From Candidatus Saccharimonadota bacterium (lineage in GTDB: Bacteria > Patescibacteriota > Gracilibacteria > BD1-5 > UBA2023), in NCBI GenBank assembly GCA_042852035.1, contig BAAFHK010000001.1:450001-482000 (forward strand): a DNA stretch of 32,000 bases, written 5' to 3'. A program made the position numbers and the translations under genes. This document shows, in pieces, positions 1 to 9,616 of this stretch. The notes beneath the pieces were generated by a model, which saw nothing but the letters and a program-made list of their open reading frames with translations, had not been told where the DNA came from and did no database searches. Numbering within the stretch: position 1 is the stretch's first letter; every line of letters starts with the position of its first letter.

Positions 1-1
1 G

Positions 2-379
2 GAGTCCGTTGAACCTAAATTTCTTGATATAGCAATCTCTCCAGAATCCCAAAAACTGATCTCTCTTGCAATCGATATATGGAGACTAGAATGAAAAATT
101 CATAATTCATGAATATCAAAAGATTGACTTGAGGCAGAGAAGATCAAAACTAGCCTTGAGCGGTTAAAAAAATTTATGAATGACTATTGAATTGCAGTAA
201 AAGACTTCATATGAGATAAATATGTTAATGAGATTAATTTTCTTGAGCTAAAGTGAACTGAGAATACAACAGATAAATCTAAAGATTGAATAATTAAAGA
301 TACCATTGAGCCAGTAGTGTATGTCAATTGAACTGTTGTAAAAACAGCTAAGGTTATTGTTTATAAATTTATTGCTTAA
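2..379 (+). CDS. GrpE-like nucleotide exchange factor, C-terminal part (5' end lies outside the window)
   Basis: Frame 2 is open from the window edge to TAA 377-379 when TGA=Gly. The tail ...LERLKKFMNDYGIAVKDFIGDKYVNEINFLEL...DGIIKDTIEPVVYVNGTVVKTAKVIVYKF follows the GrpE helical-bundle then beta-domain pattern (G-x-x-F/Y-D/N ... GY/VY-x-x-G-x-V-x-x-x-A-x-V-x-V). It ends 10 nt before the Hsp70 start. Confidence 0.45.
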
Positions 380-389
380 AAAATCATAT

Positions 390-2891
390 ATGCCTACCAT
401 CCAAATTTGAATTGATTTATGAACCACAAATTCTGCAATTGCAATTAATAAATCAGGAAAGACCGAAATAATTAAGAATTTTGAAAGAGATGAATTTACT
501 CCTTCAGTCTACTGATTCGATAAAGCCAAGAATCCTCTTGTATGAAAGCGTGCTTATGAAAAGCTTTACAAATATGCTGATAGTGAGGATATTTGAAACT
601 TCAAATCTGAGATAAAGAGACTAATGTGAACTCCTGAAATTACTTATTTTCCAAGAGTTGAAAAAAGCATGAAAGCAGAAGATATTTCTGCTGAGATATT
701 AAAATATCTTAAAAGTACGGCACTGAAACAATATCCAGATCTTGAAACTAATTGAGTAGTTATTACAGTGCCAGCACATTTTTCAACTATAGAATCAGAA
801 GCTACTAAGAGGGCTGGTGAACTTGCTTGATTCAAAAAAGTTGTATTATTACAAGAGCCTATTGCTGCAGCAATAGCATATGGCTTTTCTGCTGATAAAA
901 ATGCAAACTGGCTCATATACGACCTCTGAGGCGGCACGTTTGATACAGCTATAATCCAATCCATGGATGGTTTATTAAATATTTTATCAAGCAAGGGAGA
1001 TAATTTTCTCTGATGAAAAGATTTTGATTGGGCTATTGTAGATAAGATATTTATTCCAAAAATCCTAGAAAAATTTAATTTACTAAATTTTAATAGAGGA
1101 AATGAAAAATACAGAAATGCATTTAACCTGTTAAAATGATTTGCTGAAAATGCTAAAAAAATGCTCACATATGATAATGAGGTTACTATTGAGATTGATA
1201 AAATTTGAATGGATGACAATGAAAAGGAAATTTATATGAATATAACTTTAACTCGAAAAGAATTTGAAGAGCTAATAAATCCTTTTATTAAGAAATCAAT
1301 ATCACTTGTAGAAGAAACTATTAAAGAATCATGAATTAGTAAAAATAAAATAGATAAGATTGTCCTTGTTGGATGAAGCACACAAACCCCTTATATTAAA
1401 GAAAAGTTAGAAAAAGAAATTGGCATCTCCGTGGACTCAAGTGTTGATCCTCTCACTGTGGTAGCATATGGAGCATCTGTATATGCACAAACTCAAGTTA
1501 TAGAAATAGAGAAAGATAATAAAAAAACTTATAATTCCGAGTTACATAATATAAAATTGAATTTCGAGACCGTTACTACTGAAAGTGAGGAAACTATAAG
1601 TGGTATAATTGACGGACTTGAGGAAAACAAGGAATACTATCTGCAAATTCAAAGTGAAAGTGGTTATTATTCAAGCAATAAGATCCTTATTAGAAATTGA
1701 AAATTTATTACAGATGTTCAAGTTGAATCAGGAAAAGTAAACCTTTATTGGATATATTTATTTGATTCATCATGATGAGTTTTAGAGCTATCTACAGATA
1801 GTTTCTCAATAACTCATGGATTAACGGTGGGAGCAATACCAATACCATCAAGTATTGGTGTGTCTATAGCGAGACAAAATAGCGATACACTGTCTTGGCA
1901 ATCAGAAATGTTTTGGTTCTTTGAAAAAAATTCAAAATTACCATTATCTAAGACTCATGAATTTAAAACAACGAGCACAATTAGAAAATGAAGTGCTGAA
2001 AATAAACTTTCCATTACTGCTTTTGAATGAGAATCACAATCTCCAAGAAATAATATCTTTATTGCTGAAATAGGAATTAACGGAAATGATATACCGTTTG
2101 ATCTTGAAGCAAATACACCAATTGATATTACTATAAACATAGATATATCCAGAGCATTAACAATCACTGCATATATTCCAAGTATGGATATATCAGTTAA
2201 TGCTCGTATGACGGTTTTAGATGAAAATATTGACTCAACTAAACTAAAGGAGGAATTAGAAAAAGAAAAAGTTAGATATGAACATATAAAAGATCATCTT
2301 ACACCTAAGCAAAAAGAAGAAATTGAGTGAGATATTTTATATATTGAATCAAGTATTGAAAGTGGAAATGATGATGCGGACTCAAAGCTAAAATCAAATA
2401 AACAACTCAAGGATCTACGAAATGAAATTGATAATCTTTGAAAAGAAACAGAATTATGAAGTTCCACTCAGGAATTTAATAATCTTATAGAATTCTTGGA
2501 TGATATTTTTAATAAGTTTACAAATCCTGATTTTGAAACACAAGAACTTATAAATAGATATAATATCATCAAAAAATGATGACTTAGGGCTATTGAAGAA
2601 CAAGATAAAGTTCTTCTTCCTGCTATAATTGAACAGCTTAATAGCTTGAAAGTTGCAATTTTCCAACATAGTTTTTGGTATTGGGAAGATTTATTTAATT
2701 CATTACTCAATGGGTGATTTGATTTTAAAGATCAAAATAATGCCGAATATTTGATTAAAAAATGAAATAGAGCAAAAGAAAATGAGGATAAAAATGAACT
2801 TGAGCAAGTAGTAAGAAATCTTATTCAGTTATTACCAACTGATGCTCGTGGGAAAATTGAGGGCTGAAATCTTTCCGGTATAACCATATAA
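390..2891 (+). CDS. Divergent Hsp70-family ATPase, 833 aa, with an extra domain between NBD and SBD and a long helical tail
   Basis: ATG 390 to TAA 2889-2891, with no TAA/TAG in frame when read codon by codon and many in-frame TGA. Motifs seen: MPTIQIGIDLGTTNS (phosphate-1), VITVPAHFSTIESEATKRAG, LLQEPIAAAIAYG, IYDLGGGTFD (TGA 927-929 at a Gly), GDNFLGGKDFD, VLVGGSTQTPYI, DPLTVVAYGASVYA. An SBD-like segment follows: SITAFEGES...IAEIGINGNDIPF...IDITINIDISRALTITAY. Confidence 0.85.
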
Positions 2892-2894
2892 ACT

Positions 2895-4967
2895 ATGATC
2901 CTAGAGAATTACTATCACATTCTTTGATTAGATATATCTGCTACGCAAAAACAAATTGATAAAAGATGAAAGGAGATATTGAAGTATCTTGCTATTTGAG
3001 ATATTCCTGATTATCCTGAAGTTGACTTTTCATTTACTAAATCCTATAGAAATGAAGCTTTCATTAAGGATGCATTAAATGGATTAAAAAATCCTAAGAT
3101 TCGTTTACAACACATATTTCTTTGGATAAATATCGAAACCGAAGCAGATAAACATATAGTAGCATTATTGCAAAATAAAAAATATGAAATAGCACTTCTG
3201 GAAATTAAGAAAATTAAAAACCTTAAAAATAAAGCGGTATTTTTACCTTTAATATTGTCTCAAAATGAAGCAATATCCATACTTTGAAAGCAAGAAGCGA
3301 TAGCTTTGTGTAAAGAGGCGATAGATTGCTGGAATCTAATTTTATTAGATGATAAAAAATGGATGAATTTTGAAAAGTCATTTTATCTTTATGACGACAT
3401 ATCAACCAATACTAGTTTAATTCAAGAATTAAGAGAGAATGCTAATAAAATTCTTGCGGATATATTTTTTGATATATCGAATATAGTAGATTCATCAGAG
3501 ATTACAAGATATTTCACAGAAATTTTTCATGTAAAGGGAACTAGATTACACTGAAAATCAGAATGACTATACCTTGAGCTTAGTAAGATTTCTGATAATT
3601 TTGAGAATATTAAAATAAGTGATGATTGAATATTTGACTCAAATGAAAAAAAGATAGTAAATAGTTGAATTAAGAAAATTCAAGATATTTTAGGTGAATT
3701 ATCTGAAATGTGACTGTGAGAAGACAGTAAGACATTAGTTATTAAAGATAAAGTTGCACATTGAATTAAATCAATTGCTTATGATCTTTGGAAAAATCTT
3801 GATACCGAAAATGAAGAGGCTATAAAGTTAATAAAAATGGCAAAAGATTTTGCCTGAACCAATTGATTGAAAGAAAGATTAAAAGAAGATATTGCAGTCA
3901 TGGAATGAGAGCAAAAACTCATGCCCATATTAACTAAACTCAATCAAATTGAAGAAAAAGATGATAATTTTGTTGAATTAGAAGATATATATAATGAAAT
4001 TAAATGAATGGAGAAGAACATTGATGTTAATGATAATAAGTTAGTCAACAATTTAAGAACTCTCAAAAGAAGAGTAGTAAATAATCTGGTATTATGAAAA
4101 TGGCTTAAATGAAGAAAATTTTATGAGGAAAAGAACTACATTAATGCCCAAAAATTATTTTGAGAAGCTGAAATATTAGCAAAACATAATGTTCATTTAT
4201 TTGATGGGATAAATGAAGAATGACTAAATAATATTATTATTTCTGTTAAGTTAAAACTTAACAATATCCGTTCCGGACAAAAATGAACTGACTACATCGA
4301 GTGAGTATTTAAAGAAATTGATGATATTCGATCCAGGGCATTAGAAAAATTATCAGAACAAGAGGGGTATTTTGTAATTGCATATATTGATTCAATATCA
4401 TATTGATTTTTATCAGAGATAAGTTTACAAAAGAAAAACAATAACAATATTTCTTCAGGAAAATGATTTCTAATAATAATTGCTGTAGTTATATGAGTAC
4501 CATGGCTAATATCATCTCTTTGAGACAATTCTTCAAGTAACTCAAAATCCTCATCCAGTTCATATTCATCACCTCAATTTGATTTATCAGATTTTAATAA
4601 AACTAATTCAACAAATAAAACAATCAATACTACTAATAATGGAAAACAAGCCGAAAAAACTCCAACAAATGATAATGTTACAGTGTGACAATATACATGC
4701 TCATCATCTAATTCAATTTACTTAAAGTCAATAGAACCAGTAGATCCTTGATTAAAAAAATTAAGTGATGAGGTTGATTCAATGCAATCAGCGTTAGACA
4801 GTACATATGTAGATCAATATTCCCAAGTGTCTGTAAACAACTATAATAAGAAAGTTAAGGCATTAAATGCAAAAATTGAGTCATATAAAGTTAAACAAAC
4901 TACGTACAATAATGCAGTTGATAAATACAATAATTATCTAGATAGAAATTGTACCAAAAGATACTAA
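2895..4967 (+). CDS. J-like domain membrane protein, 690 aa (J-like N-terminus lacking HPD, long helical region, one TM helix, Ser/Asn-rich linker, small Cys-containing C-terminal domain)
   Basis: ATG 2895 lies 3 nt after the Hsp70 stop, and the frame is open to TAA 4965-4967 under code 25. The N-terminus NYYHILGLDISATQKQIDKRGKEILKYL...AFIKDALNGLKNPKIRLQHIF matches J-domain helices I-III, but the HPD position reads AIGDIPD. A hydrophobic helix FLIIIAVVIGVPWLISSL lies at about 4467-4520, followed by SSSNSKSSSSSYSS...NKTNSTNKTINTTNN. Confidence 0.55.
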
Positions 4968-4979
4968 CAGCCTATAAAC

Positions 4980-6077
4980 ATGGAAAAACCAATTCTCTAT
5001 AATGGATATAAAATCGATTCAGAAATAAACATATCATGAAGATTAGACCGATTATTTTGAACAGAAGTATATAAGCTATCTAATAATCAATTTTTATACC
5101 TCTTTTTGGATTTAAAAGAAAATGATATAGTAAATAGAGAAATAGGATTGATTAAGTTCTCAATCAAGGATATAACATACCTTTGATTGATTGTTAATAC
5201 ATTTAATATAAAAAACCTAAGTAGCATCAAGGAAGCATTGGTATCAATTACATGATTTGATAGCATTGCTGGAATGGATTCTTTAAAATCCCATCTTCTT
5301 GAAGAGATAATAATCCCATTTAGGAATAAAGAAAAGTTTAAAAAATATAAAATATCATTACCGAATGGTTTATTATTTTATTGACCACCATGATGTGGAA
5401 AGACTTATATCTCAACAAAACTTGCAGAAGAATTAGGGTGGAATTTTATGGAAATAAAACATTCCGATATTGCCTCACCTTATATACATTGAACTGTTGA
5501 TAGAATACGACAAGTATTTGAAAAAGCCAAAATAAATACTCCTACAGTGCTATTCATTGATGAAATCTCATGACTTGTACCAAAAAGAGAGGATCTAAGC
5601 TGAGATAAAAGTCATAAAGAAGAAGAAATTAATGAATTCCTTATTAATTTAGATGAGGCATGAGAAAAGGGGATATTAGTAGTTTGAGCAACAAATTATC
5701 CAAATAAAATTGATCCAGCTATTTTGCGAACATGAAGATTTGATTTAAAGATTTTTATTTGACCACCAGATCAATCAACAAGGGTTAAATTATTTGAATT
5801 TTACCTAAATTGACGACCAATATCATCTGATATAGATTATAATACTTTGTCAGAATTAACAGAAAACTATATTGCATCAGATATTAAATTTATTGTAGAA
5901 TCTAGTGCCAAAAAAGCAGCAATAGAAGACAAACTAATATCCATGAAGGACTTAAAAGAAGGTATAGAAAATAATCAGAAATCAATATCAAATGAAGAGT
6001 TAGAATATTATGAATCAATATACTGACATGATAAAACACCTGATAAGAGTAGAAAAATTGGATTTAATGTTTGATAG
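4980..6077 (+). CDS. Classical-clade AAA+ ATPase, 365 aa (single AAA module with an unrecognised ~110-aa N-domain)
   Basis: ATG 4980 to TAG 6075-6077. Walker A is LLFYGPPGCGKT (5382-5405, both non-GGN Gly are TGA). Walker B is VLFIDEIS. The second region of homology is [28 protein letters not shown]. It lies 12 nt after the J-like gene. Confidence 0.85.
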
Positions 6078-6107
6078 TAATCATTCAGAAATAGTAAAGA
6101 AGCATTA

Positions 6108-6145
6108 ATAAAGAAAAGCTCCCAAATTTGGGAGCTTTTCTTTAT
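6108..6145. terminator. Bidirectional rho-independent terminator between convergent operons
   Basis: A 38-nt perfect palindrome, aataaagaaaagctcccaaatttgggagcttttctttatt-like (core aaaagctccca/tgggagctttt, 6114-6139). It is flanked by A-run/T-run and sits between the AAA+ stop (6077) and the minus-strand stop (6142-6144). Confidence 0.7.
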
Positions 6146-6894
6146 AGGCTTTCAATATCTATCAATAAGTACTTTCCTGTATAATTTTCTTCCAATATCT
6201 GTTTGTATTTCTCTGTTTTATGAGACCAACAGGCAATTACAAGAAATATATTCTTATTCTTGAATAATGAGAAAAAATTATCTTGCTTATTTTCTAAAAG
6301 TAGAGTTCTATAGACAAGTATTTTTTCTAAGAATTGGTTATATGAGTTTGTATTTTCTAATTCAAGACAAAATACTGTATCTCAATGTTGTAAAACAAGG
6401 TCAGGTATAGGAATAGTAAAATCAGAATATTCCTTTAGGCTTTCTTTTTCTTCTTGGGCTTTTCTCTGGAAAGTCTTGGTTCAAATTATATCATCATTTT
6501 TAGGTGTAAATTCCTTATTTTTTGATCTTATTCTATTCAATAGAACTAAAAATAGCTTTCATAATAAAATCTGATGATTATAGAGAGTAAAACTGGTGGT
6601 ATAAAAACTTGGAGTCAGGTCAATTCAGGTTTCATTTTTTATCTTCTTGAGATTATCTTTATTATTATTCAAAAGATATACTCCATATTGATTTCTATTT
6701 CTTTCTTTTGCTCATAATTCCTTAATAAACCCTGTTTTCTTGAGCATAGAGAGTCTCAAGATGAAAGTTCTATGAAGTGTATCAGGAGAGACTATTTTTC
6801 CTATGGTATCTGATTTACAGAAACCTATTTCATTGAGGATATGGAAAATCTGTAAATCTCTTTTTGTTAGCTGGATATTTGGTTTATTTTTCAT
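6142..6894 (-). CDS. Replication-relaxation (Replic_Relax)-like protein: N-terminal wHTH plus PD-(D/E)xK-like C-terminal region, 250 aa
   Basis: ATG at 6894 to TAA at 6142-6144 under code 25. The N-terminus MKNKPNIQLTKRDLQIFHILNEIGFCKSDTIGKIV...RLSMLKKTGFIKE matches the typical LT-x-RD-x-x-IL wHTH. The C-terminus has YNHQILL...IPDLVLQHGDTVFCLELENTN, a nuclease-fold-like motif. Its start overlaps the upstream ATPase stop by 11 nt. Confidence 0.45.
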
Positions 6895-8386
6895 AGTTGG
6901 TTATTGAATTAGAGAGTAATATATTTCTGAAGACTTTTTCTTTAAAATCTCATGAAAATCCAGAAATAGTCTGAACCCCTATATCAATAGTATCAAACAC
7001 AATATAAAAATTTCATCTATTTAAATTTGCTATATCTTTTTCTATTAATTCTTGTTCTGTTCATGCATTAATGATAGGGAGAAAGAAACTTCATTGTTCT
7101 GGGGGAAGGGAAAATATGATAAAAACTCAAAGATTGTTTAAAAGATCCTTTAATTCATATGAAACTGATTGATAAGCCAATATATATACTATTGAGAATT
7201 TTCTCAATTCATTAAATGCTTTTTCCAATAAATCTATAAATGGATTCTTTTCCCCCTTAATAGAGAGAAAACTTTGAAATTCATCTACAACTACATAATG
7301 TTTTGCTAGTTTTGGATTGGTATGATTTTTTCTACTACCATAAAAATATGAAGTTGATATAAGAAATGCTATTATTATCCTTCTTTCATCCATAGAAAAA
7401 TCAGCCAGATTAAATGTATAGATTCTTATCATTTCTTTTTGTGTCCTCATCATTTCCTGAAGATCAAGTGTAAGAGCTAACATTGGGACATTAAATCAAA
7501 ATGTATCACCAAGTTCATAGGAAAATACTTTAAGCTTAGTAATGGCAGTGTCATAATAAGAAGGATCTTTCTGAATATTTTTCTCCATATAGAGAAAATG
7601 CTGGTCAAGCATTTGTGCTTTTGCTTTTAAGTCTGGATATTCTGAGTAAGCAATTCACTTGATAGCTTCTTGGATATAAGCTGGAGATTTCTTACTTTTT
7701 TGAAGGTAATCGAAATAGAGAAAAATATCTTTAAGGCTATAAAATCAGCCTGTATCTCATATTCTGAGTTTTAAAGCATTGAACAAGAGAAAGGCATCTA
7801 CTATTCATTCAATAGCAGATGTATTTTTTGGTCAAAAGGAAGACCAATCAAAACAACCTTTCAAAGAAGATATAATATTATTTGTATGAATATTCAGAAG
7901 AGTGAGATCATTCCTCAGGTCAAGACAGAGAAGAGGGTTGAATCTCAGCCTTTTTTGCATTATATTTCCCTGATAAAAGAAATTCTGATTTCAAGTATGA
8001 GGGTTTTCTATATTTTTCTTATATTCATAGGTTTCTATGGTTTCATATGCTCTGTTTAAAGACACTGATATAACTTGCTCTGTTTCAGGATTTTTAGTAC
8101 TTGGATGATCTTCCAGAGGAGGTATAAAATCCCTAAGTAACTGGAACAATGGTGGAAGAAATGAATTATGTGGATCAATCAAGATATAGGTATCTCAATT
8201 CTTTTCCAGAAAAGAGGATTTGATATATCAAAAAATAGAAGATACCATAGTATAGGTTTTTCATGAACCACTTTTTCAGAAGATTCAGATATGTGAAGTT
8301 TTCAATGAATTATTATTCATGGTAATAAGAGATGTATCTTCTTTAAGAGAAGAGTTATAGGTTTTTCAAATTATTATTTTGGACAT
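6884..8386 (-). CDS. FtsK-HerA superfamily P-loop ATPase (T4SS coupling-protein/TraD-VirD4-like or HerA/DUF87-like), 500 aa, with no TM segment seen
   Basis: ATG at 8386 to TAA at 6884-6886, read codon by codon under code 25. Walker A is SHIGIFGKSGSGKT (about 8255-8278), followed by YILIDPHNSF. Walker B is HYVVVDEFQSF. The arginine/glutamine region is ELRKFSIVYILAYQSVSYEL. Confidence 0.6.
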
Positions 8387-8423
8387 AGGTTTTTAAAGTT
8401 AATGGATAGGGAAATATTGAACT

Positions 8424-9308
8424 TTATCTTTCAATAAAATTATGCTGATACAATTGAACATTTGGAGACACAATAGGAACTCATTGGTTTTCAGTAAATG
8501 TATTAGAGAGTGGAATTATCAATCATTGAGATAATAATGCCTCTCCTTGGAGCAATCTATGAGAAGATGGTATGTAGTCCCATATTTTCTTTTTTTCCTT
8601 CAAAAAATAAGAATTATAAGATGATGAATAGAGGGAAAGGTTCTTATCAATAATATTTTTAGTATTACCATAAGCAGTATTCCATTCCCAAGACCATCTT
8701 AAACTGAAGAAGTTCTGGGTATCTGTAAAAGATTTATAGAAGCTCTCTTTTTCTTCTTCTCCCATATGTTTGGATTTTGATGAATAGAGATAATCCTTGT
8801 AGAACATAGAATAGCTTCATTTGGAAAATGAAAATGATACTTTTACTGTATCTCTATCATTGATAAAGGGCAGAAGTTCCTGAAATGTAGAACCAATAAT
8901 AGAAGAGGAAGTACTAAAATTATCTCATCAAAGGGCTCATAACTTTTTGATCTGAAGGACTCCATGACTACTTAATCCAGTTTGATAACAATGAATATAT
9001 GATTGTCATTGTATGAGTTGAGTATTTACATGGGTTGAAAAAGAACACTTCTTGTTATAAAGCTTAGTAAAGAAATTGATTAAATAACTCAATCCTTCTT
9101 CATTATTAGAAGTAACATATTGATCAATCTTTACTATTCATTTTTCCTTGAATAAATAGGTTTCTAATCCGAACCAAAGATCAGGAATCCATAGGGAATT
9201 AATATCTGATTTAATGGAATTCATGAGCATTCCATCATCCTCAATTCTTGATGGAAAAATCTTCAAATAGTAAATTCACTGATGACAAAAAATAGGAAGT
9301 GAAAACAT
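8424..9308 (-). CDS. Hypothetical protein, 294 aa, first gene of the minus-strand operon
   Basis: ATG at 9306-9308 to TAA at 8424-8426, verified open codon by codon under code 25. I recognised no motif. The sequence is rich in aromatic residues and Ser. Confidence 0.5.
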
Positions 9309-9415
9309 AAAGGTAAAAAAATTAAAAAGTAAAATGGTCGTATGACCAAATAATCATTATATTAATTTTTCAACTTCATGGATTTTTTTCTATATGTCTC
9401 AAGTTATGACTCAAC

Positions 9416-9550
9416 ACATACCCCTCACTTCTATATCTTACCTTTACCTAATATAAAAAGAGGCTGGGTAGTCATAGCCTATCGCCTCTGACTACCCAGC
9501 CTCTAACCACATATATATTAGGTGGTAAGTAGATAGTGAAGGGTATGGGA
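9416..9550. repeat. Long imperfect palindrome with a perfect 16-bp core stem
   Basis: Core stem: agaggctgggtagtca (9459-9474) pairs with tgactacccagcctct (9489-9504), with a 14-nt loop. Outer arms: catacccctcacttctatatcttacctttacctaatata pairs with tatattaggtggtaagtagatagtgaagggtatgg, with small indels. Confidence 0.8.
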
Positions 9551-9616
9551 ATTAATAGTAATATAACTATAGAAATAATAATATATAATAAGTAGTATAA
9601 GTAATATTAGGTTAGT

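Noticed and set aside
644-1219. A 191-aa minus-strand ORF in the supplied track.
   Set aside because: It lies antisense to the conserved Hsp70 ATPase domain and is an antisense shadow ORF. The same applies to 14565-15050(+), opposite the methyltransferase, and 19411-19881(-), opposite gatB. It also applies to 23666-24037(-), 26737-27213(+) and 30725-31210(-), opposite carB, gyrB and pheT respectively.
390-2891. This could be the ordinary housekeeping grpE-dnaK-dnaJ operon.
   Set aside because: The Hsp70 is about 200 residues too long, with an inserted domain and diverged motifs. The J-like protein lacks HPD, the Gly/Phe region and the zinc-finger, and has a TM helix. An AAA+ gene is part of the operon. 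The question cannot be fully excluded without the rest of the genome.
4530-4690. The repetitive-looking tca/aat-rich DNA could be a tandem repeat or contingency locus.
   Set aside because: It has no exact DNA periodicity. It encodes a Ser/Asn/Thr-rich low-complexity linker in frame within the J-like protein.
6108-6145. The perfect 38-nt palindrome could be the left att site or terminal inverted repeat of the element.
   Set aside because: It shows no sequence similarity to the tRNA-proximal junction. Its position, A/T-run flanks and the convergent stops on both sides are fully explained by a bidirectional terminator.
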